From Chitinophagales bacterium (GTDB taxonomy: Bacteria > Bacteroidota > Bacteroidia > Chitinophagales > JADJOU01), in assembly GCA_044368655.1 (NCBI GenBank), contig JBIPPB010000004.1:566-64565 (forward strand): a stretch of DNA of 64,000 bases, written 5' to 3'. Shown here in pieces: positions 1 through 9,256 of the stretch. The notes under the pieces are model-generated. The model saw only the letters and a list, made by a program, of their open reading frames with translations. It made no database searches and was not told the DNA's origin. Each line of letters opens with the position of its first letter. Within the stretch, counting starts at the first letter, position 1. The position numbers and the translations under genes were made by a program.

Positions 1-1392
1 TCAAGAAATGGAACGACGGTTTGGTTCAAACCCGACGCAACCATTTTCCAAAATTATCGATTCATCGCCGATTATTTAGATGAGTTACTCTCGAACTATG
101 CCTATTTAAATTCGGGATTAAAAATTGTTTTTAATAACCAAGAGTATTTTTCTCAAAATGGATTAAGAGATTTAATTGACCGCAAAGCGCCTCAAGAAGA
201 AAAACATTACCCAACGATTCATCTTAGAGAAGGCGACATCGAAATTGCATTTACCCATACCAATAAATATGGCGAGGAGTATTATACCTTCGTAAATGGT
301 CAAAATACCACGCAAGGAGGTACGCACTTGGCGGCATTCAAGGAAGCTATAGTAAGAACCGTTCGGGATTTTTATAAAAAAGATTTTGATGCGTCGGATA
401 TTCGTATGAGTATCGTTGGAAGTATTTGTGTAAGGATTCAAGAACCGCTTTTTGAGTCGCAAACCAAAACCAAATTAGGTACCGAAAAGTTGCATGGCGA
501 AAATATCACTATGAAAACCTTTGTGGGTGATTTTGTTCGTACGCATTTAGATAATTATCTTCATAAAAATCCTCAAGTAGCCGAAGTGCTTCTTAAAAAG
601 ATTCAAGCAAGTGAAAGGGAGCGTAAAGACATGGAAGGCGTAAGGAAAATTGCTAAAGACCGCGCCAAAAAAGCGAGTATTCATAATAAAAAATTACGTG
701 ATTGCCGTTATCATTTAAATGAATTAAAGTATGAGCATCGCGATAAAACTTCGATATTCATTACCGAGGGAGATAGCGCGAGTGGCTCGATAACCAAAGC
801 TCGAAATGCTGAATTGCAAGCGGTTTTTTCATTAAAAGGTAAGCCTTTAAATTGTTTTAAAAACAATAAAAAGAAGATTGTATATGAAAATGAGGAGTTT
901 AACTTATTACAGCATGCCTTGAATATTGAAGAAGGAATTGAAAATCTTAGATACAATCATATCATCATTGCCACCGATGCCGATACCGACGGCATGCACA
1001 TTCGCCTTTTATTGTTGACGTTTTTTCTTCAATTTTTCCCTGATGTGGTTCGTTTGGGGCATATTAAAATACTAGAAACACCTTTGTTTAGAGTTCGGAA
1101 TAAAAAAGAAACGATTTACTGTTATTCGGATGAAGAGCGCGTTGCGGCCATTAAAAAACTCGGTTCCAACCCTGAAATTACTCGTTTTAAAGGACTTGGA
1201 GAGATTTCTCCAGATGAATTTAAAGGATTTATTGGAAGCCAAATTAAGTTAATGCCTGTTTTATTAAGCGATGCGATAAAAATTCAAGAATTGTTGAATT
1301 ATTATATGGGGGACAACAATGAAGATCGAAAACAATTTATAATCGATAATCTGATTGTAGAACTCAATGAAGAGGAATTGCTTGAAGCGTAG
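1..1392 (+). CDS. parE: DNA topoisomerase IV subunit B (5'-truncated by window edge)
   Basis: Frame is open from base 1 ([12 protein letters not shown]...[11 protein letters not shown]). Toprim motifs [25 protein letters not shown] and RFKGLGE are present. A separate gyrB lies at 36759. Confidence 0.88.
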   Translation, partial: SRNGTTVWFKPDATIFQNYRFIADYLDELLSNYAYLNSGLKIVFNNQEYFSQNGLRDLIDRKAPQEEKHYPTIHLREGDIEIAFTHTNKYGEEYYTFVNGQNTTQGGTHLAAFKEAIVRTVRDFYKKDFDASDIRMSIVGSICVRIQEPLFESQTKTKLGTEKLHGENITMKTFVGDFVRTHLDNYLHKNPQVAEVLLKKIQASERERKDMEGVRKIAKDRAKKASIHNKKLRDCRYHLNELKYEHRDKTSIFITEGDSASGSITKARNAELQAVFSLKGKPLNCFKNNKKKIVYENEEFNLLQHALNIEEGIENLRYNHIIIATDADTDGMHIRLLLLTFFLQFFPDVVRLGHIKILETPLFRVRNKKETIYCYSDEERVAAIKKLGSNPEITRFKGLGEISPDEFKGFIGSQIKLMPVLLSDAIKIQELLNYYMGDNNEDRKQFIIDNLIVELNEEELLEA

Positions 1393-1438
1393 TCTATTAT
1401 TTTAAGTTTTTTTAAACCAATATTACCAAACATTAAAG

Positions 1439-1446
1439 TACTTTTG
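1439..1446 (+). promoter_or_regulatory. Bacteroidota sigma-A -7 element (TACTTTTG)
   Basis: Matches TAnnTTTG about 20 bp before the ATG at 1466. Confidence 0.5.
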
Positions 1447-1465
1447 CAATATAAAAAATAAGAAT

Positions 1466-2935
1466 ATGAAAAAAAATAGTTTGTTTTATGTGTTTCTTTT
1501 TTTAATAATCTCAACGTTTCAACTTTCTGCTCAAAAGAAAACGTCGGTAGCACCTAAAAATGATATTTTTAAAATCAATATTAAAACCAATGGACTAAAA
1601 ACCCATTGTTTATTAGCGTATCATCAAGGCGCCAATAAATATAAAATCGATTCGATTCCGTTTAACCAAAAAGGAGAAGCGACATTTGTGGATACAGGCA
1701 AAAAAGTGCGCGGAGGAATTTACTTATTAGTATTCCCAACGTTAGGGAATAATTATTTTGAATTTTTGGTTTCGAATACCGAAAAAAATATGGAAATGAT
1801 TATTGATACTTTAGCGATTCATAAAGTACAAATTAAAAATAGCGAGGAGAATACCTATTTTTATGATGAAATCAATTATGTAGCACCTTTATATAAAGAA
1901 ATTTCGGAATTGAATACAAAAAGAAATAATGAAAAAATCGATAAATCGGAAAAAGAAAAAATCGACAATCGTTTGCGCGAAATTGAAAAATCAATTCAAG
2001 ACCAAAGAGAAAAAGTAATTAAAGAAAAACCGAATTTATTATATTCTAAAATCATGAACATGATGAAAGAAATCGATGTACCTGAATCGCCAAAAGATGC
2101 CAAAGGAAATATCATCGATTCGACATTTCAATACAATTATTATAAAGAACATTATTGGGATAATACCGACTTAAACGACGATAGATTATTATATACGCCT
2201 ATTTTTGATGGAAAATATAAAACCTATTTCGAAAAAGTGATTTATAAACATCCAGACTCTATCAAAGTAGAAATTGACAAAGTTTTAGGCAAAATAAAAG
2301 ATCCGAATTCGATGATGATGCGTTTTATGTTGGGTAATTTGATTAACGAATATGCCAACTCTAAAATTATGGGTCAAGATGCACTTTATGTACATTTAGT
2401 AAAAAATTATTATACCAAAGGAAAAGCGCCTTGGGCAGATAGCGCTACCGTAAAGAAAATGCAATACGATGCTGAAGATTTAGAGCCTATTTTAATCGGA
2501 AAAATAGCACCCGATTTCTCCGTTTTTGATACGACTTTAAAAACTATTCATAAATTATACGATTTAAAATCAAAGTATAAAATACTTGTTTTCTGGAATC
2601 AAGATTGCGGACATTGTAAAAAAGAAGTTCCAAAATTAGATACGATTTATCCTGATTTACTAAAAAAAGGAGCCGATGTTTTTGCGGTTTGTACGGTTGT
2701 AGATAAAGATGCCCAGATTGACCAATGGAAGCAATTTATTAAAGATAAAAAATTGCGATTTAAGAACTACGGAGATCCCCGCCATCAGTTATATCCATTT
2801 TTTCAAGTATTGTATAAAATTAAAGCCACACCGGAATATTATATCTTAGATAAAGAGAATAAAATTATTGCTAAAAAATTAGCACCGGATCAAATGCTTG
2901 ATTTTATAGACAATTACGAGCGTTTAAAAAAATAA
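1466..2935 (+). CDS. Exported TlpA/redoxin-like thiol-disulfide oxidoreductase (DUF5106-like central domain)
   Basis: Signal peptide. C-terminal thioredoxin fold: GKIAPDF...FWNQDCGHC (CxxC)...ATPEYYILD. Confidence 0.8.
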   Translation: MKKNSLFYVFLFLIISTFQLSAQKKTSVAPKNDIFKINIKTNGLKTHCLLAYHQGANKYKIDSIPFNQKGEATFVDTGKKVRGGIYLLVFPTLGNNYFEFLVSNTEKNMEMIIDTLAIHKVQIKNSEENTYFYDEINYVAPLYKEISELNTKRNNEKIDKSEKEKIDNRLREIEKSIQDQREKVIKEKPNLLYSKIMNMMKEIDVPESPKDAKGNIIDSTFQYNYYKEHYWDNTDLNDDRLLYTPIFDGKYKTYFEKVIYKHPDSIKVEIDKVLGKIKDPNSMMMRFMLGNLINEYANSKIMGQDALYVHLVKNYYTKGKAPWADSATVKKMQYDAEDLEPILIGKIAPDFSVFDTTLKTIHKLYDLKSKYKILVFWNQDCGHCKKEVPKLDTIYPDLLKKGADVFAVCTVVDKDAQIDQWKQFIKDKKLRFKNYGDPRHQLYPFFQVLYKIKATPEYYILDKENKIIAKKLAPDQMLDFIDNYERLKK

Positions 2936-2938
2936 CTT

Positions 2939-3883
2939 TTGTTTTCCAAAAGGAGCTTTTTAATTACATTTTTGTTACTAAGCCACTCGTTACATAGTAA
3001 TGATTCGCTTTATACAAAAAATCATAATAAGTCGCTAGCAGTTACTGGAGCGGCTGCGGGTTTATACGTATCCTCGGGCGCGTTACTTTATACCGCTTGG
3101 TACAAAGATTATCCAAAAAGTGCCTTTCATTTTTTTGATGACATTCAACAATGGAACCAAAGCGATAAATACGGTCACGTTTTTTTTGCGTATTATCAAG
3201 CTAAAGTATGGAATAAAGCCTTTTTATGGTCGGGCAAGTCCAAAATATCAAGCGCCATTTTAGCCGCCTCGTTTTCCTTTATGGCTCAAAACAGTATTGA
3301 AGTTTTTGATGGTTTCTCAAAACAATGGGGCGCTTCCTATACCGATGTTATCGCTAATGGAATAGGTTCAGGAATCTTTTTAGCGCAAGAGTTGATTTTC
3401 AAAAAACAATTGTTTCAATTAAAATATTCGTATACGTTTCAATCGTATGCAAATCCTATTTTGCAAGAACGTTCCAATCAGATTTTTGGCAGAAATTATT
3501 TCCAACATATGGTTAAGGATTACAATGGCTCGGTGATGTGGATTTCGACGTCTCTAGGGGATTGGAAAAAAGAAAAATCTAAATTAGACTTTTTGGGCGT
3601 CGCGGTTGGATTTGGTAATGGAGGCCTTTTTGGCGCATCCATTAATGAATGGGAAAATTTTAGCGGTATTTATTATAACATGAGCCATATTTCGAGATAT
3701 CGTAAATTTTTAATAGCGCCAGATATCAATTTAGAGCGTATTCCAACAAATAAAAAATGGCTTAAAACACTGCTCTTTTTTGCAAACGGCATGAAGCTCC
3801 CGATGCCAACACTCGAAATCAATACCCTTGGTCATGTTGAATTGCATCCGTTTTATTTGTTTCAGTCCGAAATAAGGTTTTAA
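2939..3883 (+). CDS. DUF2279/YfiM-like membrane or exported protein
   Basis: WY...FHFFDD...DKYGH and IEVFDGFS..WGAS..D..AN..G motifs. TTG start. Confidence 0.7.
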   Translation: MFSKRSFLITFLLLSHSLHSNDSLYTKNHNKSLAVTGAAAGLYVSSGALLYTAWYKDYPKSAFHFFDDIQQWNQSDKYGHVFFAYYQAKVWNKAFLWSGKSKISSAILAASFSFMAQNSIEVFDGFSKQWGASYTDVIANGIGSGIFLAQELIFKKQLFQLKYSYTFQSYANPILQERSNQIFGRNYFQHMVKDYNGSVMWISTSLGDWKKEKSKLDFLGVAVGFGNGGLFGASINEWENFSGIYYNMSHISRYRKFLIAPDINLERIPTNKKWLKTLLFFANGMKLPMPTLEINTLGHVELHPFYLFQSEIRF

Positions 3884-4257
3884 ATATTTTGATGAATCGC
3901 AATTCGATTGCCTTCGGAGTCTATAAATTCAGCGACAAATCCCATAGATCCGACCGAAGTTTTAGGATAAAAAGTAGTTCCGTTTTGTTGTGTTACTTTC
4001 TCGAGCGTTTCGTCGATATCATTGGAATGAAAATAAATAATGACACCCTCTTTCGTCGGTTTATAGGTTTCGCCTTTCGCTAAAGCGCCCGAAATGCCTT
4101 TTAACTCCGAATCAAAAGAAAAAAATGACATCTCATTGCCATCAATAGACGCATCTTCAAAAGAAACATTAAAAACCGCTTTATAAAATGTTTTAGCTCG
4201 TTCTAAATCTATTGCAGGAATTTCAAAAAACACGACTGGATTTGTAGTTGGTTTCAT
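3880..4257 (-). CDS. VOC/glyoxalase family protein
   Basis: FFEIPAIDLERAKTFY...GFVAEFIDSEGNRIAIH. Confidence 0.85.
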   Translation of the reverse strand: MKPTTNPVVFFEIPAIDLERAKTFYKAVFNVSFEDASIDGNEMSFFSFDSELKGISGALAKGETYKPTKEGVIIYFHSNDIDETLEKVTQQNGTTFYPKTSVGSMGFVAEFIDSEGNRIAIHQNI

Positions 4258-4266
4258 ATATGAAAT

Positions 4267-5019
4267 TTAAAATTGAAAATCTTTATCCGTTAGAGATTTT
4301 TTCTCGATTTTGATACAGGTCAACGAATATTGATGCATCATGCCAGATACTTCTATTTTTAAAGGAAAACTGTTTGATTTAGAAAGAAAAGTTCCCCAAA
4401 AATCTTTATGATGATTAAGCCAAGCGGCTCCATTCGTTTTTTGAGAAACAGGGTTGAAATGAAAAATACGTTTTTCAAACAAATTTTTAAATGCAAAAAC
4501 TTGGCAGGATTGTCCTAAAACTTGACTTTTTTGAGTCATTTTTTCAAAATGATTGGGTTTATCTTCGTCGAGATGTGTGGGAAGGCAATAAAACGTATCT
4601 TTATCTTTTTTCAAGTGTTTAATACAAACTTTATTTCCATTCGGGTGGTAAACTTCAATTTGATCTTCAAACACCCATTTATATCGATTTCCTTTAATAT
4701 ATAAATAAGCTATTGATTTGCCTCCATTAGGAATGTCGCGATAAAAATCTTCATCGGATATCAAAAGTTTATTCGGATTTTTGAGTAGTTTTTGAAACGT
4801 AAGCACGCCTTCAAAAGTCTTTTCAATTTGTGGTGTTTTACTTGAATCTTTTTGAGACGCATGGGTATTTAGAGGTAAGCTGTCCGACTTTTTTATAATC
4901 ATCGAATCTTTTTCTATCTGAATTTCGGTGTCCTCAGTAATTGTAATCACTTGACAAAAAGAAGAAACATAAAAAAAGATAAAAATAAAACTACAAAAGC
5001 GTTTTTTCAAAAATAGCAT
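4267..5019 (-). CDS. Exported hypothetical protein, DUF4412-like
   Basis: Hydrophobic N-terminus. FEGVLTF, VLGQSC, FPLKIE and IEKKSLTDKDF resemble DUF4412. Start is uncertain (ATG 5019 or 5040); overlaps the end of the GNAT gene. Confidence 0.5.
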   Translation of the reverse strand: MLFLKKRFCSFIFIFFYVSSFCQVITITEDTEIQIEKDSMIIKKSDSLPLNTHASQKDSSKTPQIEKTFEGVLTFQKLLKNPNKLLISDEDFYRDIPNGGKSIAYLYIKGNRYKWVFEDQIEVYHPNGNKVCIKHLKKDKDTFYCLPTHLDEDKPNHFEKMTQKSQVLGQSCQVFAFKNLFEKRIFHFNPVSQKTNGAAWLNHHKDFWGTFLSKSNSFPLKIEVSGMMHQYSLTCIKIEKKSLTDKDFQF

Positions 5020-6118
5020 ACGTTTTATATTTTTCTCCATTAACTACTTTTACGCCTTTGTTCATTTCGGGGTTTGATTCCAAAATCCAACTTGCTTCGG
5101 CATGTTTTATCCCTTTATTGAGTCCATTTTTGATAATTTCATAATACATCACGGCATCCAACCCTTTTCCACGATATTCTGGCAAAATTCCGAGTAATAA
5201 AACTCGAATCCACGTCATTTTCTTTTTGTTAAATAACAATTTTAAAAAATTAAAAGGAAATAATTTACCTTTAAAAGATTTTGTAATCTGATTAATATCC
5301 CGAAGGGCAAGCGCAAATGCAACAACTTCTCCTTTTTCATTTTCAATAATAGGAGCAAATTCGGGGTCTATAATCAACTTAAGTTCATTAGCCATAAGCT
5401 GAAGTTCGGGGTCAGTCATCGGTACAAATCCCCAATTATTTTCCCACGCTTTATTGTAAATCGTTTTTACATTTTCAATTTCTACATTCAGGTTGGATTT
5501 ATCAATCAATCGCAAGCGGCAACGACTTCGTTGTAATGCAATATCCTTGACACGCAAAAACTTTTCATTTTTTAAGACATCTGATTCTTTAAATTGATAA
5601 GCAAACATGCGCATCGCCACTTTTAATCCAAAATTTTCAAACAAATCTTGATAATATGGCGGATTGTAAGACATCATAATTTTAGGCGCATCATCAAAAC
5701 CCTCAATTAATAAACCCGATTCATAGTTTGTAGAAGGATTTACAGGGCCTTGCAATAGATGATTATCTAATAAATAATGCCATGCTACAACCTTATTCAG
5801 AAGCATGTCGGCCACTTCTTGGTCATGAATACATTCAAAAAAGCCAAAAAAGCCCACCTTACTACCATGAAATTCATTGTATTTCATATTATTGATGGCT
5901 GCAATTCGGCCCGCATCTTTCCCGTCTTTGATTGCCATAAAGCATTGAATAGCGCCTAATTGGTAAAATGGATGTTTTTTTACATCCAATCGTTGCCCAA
6001 TTTCCATGCGCAAGGGCGCCACCCAAAAAGGATCATTTTGATAAATTTGATAGTCAAAGTTTATGAAGCGTTCCTTTTCTTTTTTGTTTTTGAGGTCTAT
6101 TTCGATGATTTCAATCAT
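4991..6118 (-). CDS. GNAT-fold N-acetyltransferase (YghO-like)
   Basis: AGRIAA...GFFGFFEC, YNPPYY, NWGFVP, LGILPEYRGKG acetyl-CoA loop, SWILESN. ATG at 6118 preferred as start. Confidence 0.8.
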   Translation of the reverse strand: MIEIIEIDLKNKKEKERFINFDYQIYQNDPFWVAPLRMEIGQRLDVKKHPFYQLGAIQCFMAIKDGKDAGRIAAINNMKYNEFHGSKVGFFGFFECIHDQEVADMLLNKVVAWHYLLDNHLLQGPVNPSTNYESGLLIEGFDDAPKIMMSYNPPYYQDLFENFGLKVAMRMFAYQFKESDVLKNEKFLRVKDIALQRSRCRLRLIDKSNLNVEIENVKTIYNKAWENNWGFVPMTDPELQLMANELKLIIDPEFAPIIENEKGEVVAFALALRDINQITKSFKGKLFPFNFLKLLFNKKKMTWIRVLLLGILPEYRGKGLDAVMYYEIIKNGLNKGIKHAEASWILESNPEMNKGVKVVNGEKYKTYAIFEKTLL

Positions 6119-6335
6119 AATTATCCAAAAATAAACCACTAAAATAAGTGATTTTTTTTAAAATCAATATAAATTTTCAAAGTTAACCAGCTCTTCAGGA
6201 GAAATTTTATAATAAAACCAAATTTATTAAAAAATATTGGAGATTAATTATAAAATAAATTGCAGCATAAAAACGTTTCACTAATTAAAAGTGACCGTTT
6301 GCAAAAAATTAGTTTACAAAAAAAATTAAAAGCTA

Positions 6336-6343
6336 TATATTTG
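6336..6343 (+). promoter_or_regulatory. Bacteroidota -7 promoter element (TATATTTG)
   Basis: TAnnTTTG in the divergent intergenic region upstream of the PorP/SprF gene. Confidence 0.55.
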
Positions 6344-6386
6344 TACGCATTTATTTGAATGAAAGAAGAACTCTAAAATTTTAGAA

Positions 6387-7487
6387 ATGATTAAATTTGT
6401 TAGGATTTTATTTATAAGCATTATACACATTGTGTTTTTTCAAAATGCGATGGCTCAAGACCCCCATTTTTCTGTTTTTTACGGAGTACCAATTGGTTTA
6501 AATCCAGCATTTACAGGTAATTTTAATGGAAACTTTAGAGTTGGAGCGCAATATCGCGACCAATGGTCTGCCATTGGAAGTAACGATGGCGGCGTGGCAG
6601 GATACAAAACGGGTTTAATGAGTTTTGAAGCCAGAACAAATCGTGGAATAGATGAAAATGACTTAGTAGGTTTTGGTGGACTTTTTATGTATGATGTGGC
6701 AGGAAGTAGCCGTTTACGAAATACAAAATATGCGATTTCAGGATCATATCGTAAGGCATTAGATGAATATGGGGATCATTTTATTGCTATTGGTGGTCAA
6801 TTAGGCATGATCCAAAAAACAATAGATTTGTCTGGTTTAAAATGGCCTTCACAGTGGGATGGAACTCAATATAATCCTTCAAGCAATTCGGGAGAAAATC
6901 TTGCGGGATTAGATAACAATATTTCTTTTTATGATATGAGTGCGGGTTTGATGTGGGGTTATAATGTTTATGACACAAGACATCGTATTTTTGCGGGTTT
7001 AGCATTAATGCATATTAATGAACCAAATCAAAGTTTTTATACCAATAATCAAACATTTGATGCTAAGTTGCCGATGAAAATTAATTTTAATATTGGTGCA
7101 GGAATTCAACTTTCCGAAAGAATCGATGTGATGCCTAAGTTTTTATATATGAAACAAGGACAAAATATGGAGTCTATTTTTGGTTCGGACGTTCGTTTTG
7201 TATTTGATCCAGATGATCCAATGGGGAATTCATTTTATGTTGGATTATTAGGAAGAATGGTAGGTGGCGACCCACAATTGCCAAATTCATCAGGAATTAA
7301 TTTTGAATCACTTATTGCTACGGCGCGTGTCGATTATAACAATTTAGAAATTGGAGCGGCATATGATTTTGGTGTTTCTCAGCTTAAAAATTACATCTCT
7401 TATCAAGGAGGTTTTGAAGTTTATTTCAATTATACATTTAAAATAGAATCGAATAGTCAAAGAAAAATGTTTTGTCCTAAATTCTAA
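6387..7487 (+). CDS. PorP/SprF family T9SS outer-membrane barrel protein
   Basis: AQDPHFS.FY..P..LNPAFTG...YRDQW N-terminus, HINEP, AYDF, and a CPKF C-terminus. Confidence 0.88.
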   Translation: MIKFVRILFISIIHIVFFQNAMAQDPHFSVFYGVPIGLNPAFTGNFNGNFRVGAQYRDQWSAIGSNDGGVAGYKTGLMSFEARTNRGIDENDLVGFGGLFMYDVAGSSRLRNTKYAISGSYRKALDEYGDHFIAIGGQLGMIQKTIDLSGLKWPSQWDGTQYNPSSNSGENLAGLDNNISFYDMSAGLMWGYNVYDTRHRIFAGLALMHINEPNQSFYTNNQTFDAKLPMKINFNIGAGIQLSERIDVMPKFLYMKQGQNMESIFGSDVRFVFDPDDPMGNSFYVGLLGRMVGGDPQLPNSSGINFESLIATARVDYNNLEIGAAYDFGVSQLKNYISYQGGFEVYFNYTFKIESNSQRKMFCPKF

Positions 7488-7492
7488 AGGTT

Positions 7493-8758
7493 TTGAAAAA
7501 ATCATTTTTTGCGATTTTATTGCTAACTTCCCTTTTTGGTAGTTTAAATGCCAGTCGGATTATAATTCCGATGGACGAGGTTCAAAAAAATCATTTAAAA
7601 GCATATGGAATTGCTTATTGGGTAATTTCAAAAGATCTCCCAGTAGATTGGATGCTTAATTACCGAGGAGGTAGTTTTAGTTTTATTCATGCGGATATTA
7701 TTGAAAAAGAATGTATTATTCGAGGGGTTTCCTATGAAATTGTTTCAGATCAAAATTATCAAGGCATTTTAGCCGAAATTTCAAGAAATGATGTGAATCA
7801 AGATGTTATCAAATTAGAAGTTGCTCCTAAAATTGCGGTGTATTCGCCTAAATCAAAATTGCCATGGGATGATGCAGTTACCTTAGTATTAACCTATGCT
7901 GAAATCCCTTATGATGTGGTTTATGATTCTGAAATCCTCACCGATCAGTTACCAAAATACAATTGGCTTCATTTGCACCACGAAGACTTTACGGGGCAAT
8001 ATGGAAAATTTTATGCCCAATATCGTGGTCATGAATGGTATCAAAAAGATCAAGCCGAACAAGAAGCCGTAGCCAAAAGTTTTAATTTTAATAAAGTATC
8101 AAAAATGAAATTGGCGGTAGCCAAAAGAATGCGAGATTTTGTTGTTGGAGGTGGTTTTCTATTTGCGATGTGCTCGGCAACCGATAGTTATGATATTGCA
8201 CTTTGTTCCGAAGGGACCGACATTTGTGAACATGTCTTTGATTATGACCCCATAGACCCAAATTATACTTCAAAATTAGATTTTTCAAAATCATTTGCAT
8301 TTAAAGATTATCAATTGCACACGAGTCCATTTGTATATGAATACAGCACGATTGATCGTTCGCCTGTTAATGGCAAAACGATAGATGAGTCTGAAGATTA
8401 TTTTTTATTATTTGATTTTTCGGCAAAATGGGACCATGTTCCAACCATGTTGACACAAAATCATAGTCGAATTATTAAAGGTTTCATGGGACAAACCACA
8501 GCTTACGATAAAAGTTTTATAAAAAAAGATGTACTTGTTTTAGGCGAAAATAAAGCGAATAACGAAGCACGCTATATTCATGGAACACAAGGTCTTGGAA
8601 TGTGGACCTTTTATGGAGGTCATGACCCCGAAGATTATCAGCATTTTGTGGGCGATCCAAAGACCGATTTAAATCTTCATCCCAATTCGCCGGGTTATCG
8701 TTTGATATTAAATAATGTGTTATTTCCTGCAGCCAAAAAGAAAAAACAAAAAACCTAA
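7493..8758 (+). CDS. Conserved exported Bacteroidota protein with probable class I glutamine amidotransferase-like fold (family often auto-labelled asparagine synthetase B)
   Basis: QKNHLKAYG, PWDDAV, WLHLHHEDFTGQYGKFY, FAMCSATD, GGHDPEDY motifs. Signal peptide. Confidence 0.65.
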   Translation: MKKSFFAILLLTSLFGSLNASRIIIPMDEVQKNHLKAYGIAYWVISKDLPVDWMLNYRGGSFSFIHADIIEKECIIRGVSYEIVSDQNYQGILAEISRNDVNQDVIKLEVAPKIAVYSPKSKLPWDDAVTLVLTYAEIPYDVVYDSEILTDQLPKYNWLHLHHEDFTGQYGKFYAQYRGHEWYQKDQAEQEAVAKSFNFNKVSKMKLAVAKRMRDFVVGGGFLFAMCSATDSYDIALCSEGTDICEHVFDYDPIDPNYTSKLDFSKSFAFKDYQLHTSPFVYEYSTIDRSPVNGKTIDESEDYFLLFDFSAKWDHVPTMLTQNHSRIIKGFMGQTTAYDKSFIKKDVLVLGENKANNEARYIHGTQGLGMWTFYGGHDPEDYQHFVGDPKTDLNLHPNSPGYRLILNNVLFPAAKKKKQKT

Positions 8759-8761
8759 TTC

Positions 8762-9211
8762 GTGCAGCCACTTCGTGAAGATTTTGAAAAATTAAAATCC
8801 GTTCCATCTAAAAAGTTGGATGATTTTTTTGAAAAAGAACATCAATCTGTTTTCGAAAAAACAAATTGCTTGGAGTGTGCCAATTGTTGTAAAAATTACA
8901 GTCCAATTATCGAACCGAATGAAATATCTGATTTAATGAAAAATATGGGTGTTTTACCGGATGTTTTTTGGAAAGAATATGTAGAAATGGATCAAGATGG
9001 CGATTTTGTTTTTAAATCGCAGCCTTGTCCCAATTTAGATTTAGATACAAATTATTGTAAAATATACGAAAACAGACCTCGTGCTTGTCGCGAATATCCG
9101 CATACCAATCACAAAAAAATGAATGCGCATCTCGATTTACTTCAACTTAATATAGAAATTTGCCCAGCCGCATCTCAAATAGTACAAAATATTATAGATA
9201 AAATTTCATAA
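8762..9211 (+). CDS. YkgJ family cysteine-cluster protein
   Basis: CLECANCC...PCP...C.IYE.RP.ACREYP. Confidence 0.85.
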   Translation: MQPLREDFEKLKSVPSKKLDDFFEKEHQSVFEKTNCLECANCCKNYSPIIEPNEISDLMKNMGVLPDVFWKEYVEMDQDGDFVFKSQPCPNLDLDTNYCKIYENRPRACREYPHTNHKKMNAHLDLLQLNIEICPAASQIVQNIIDKIS

Positions 9212-9256
9212 TTTTTATTTAAAAACTTTAATTTTGTAAGATTTAAAATCTTCAAA

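Noticed and set aside
7493..8758. Asparagine synthetase B
   Set aside because: No N-terminal Ntn cysteine and no SGGLDS ATP motif, and it has a signal peptide.
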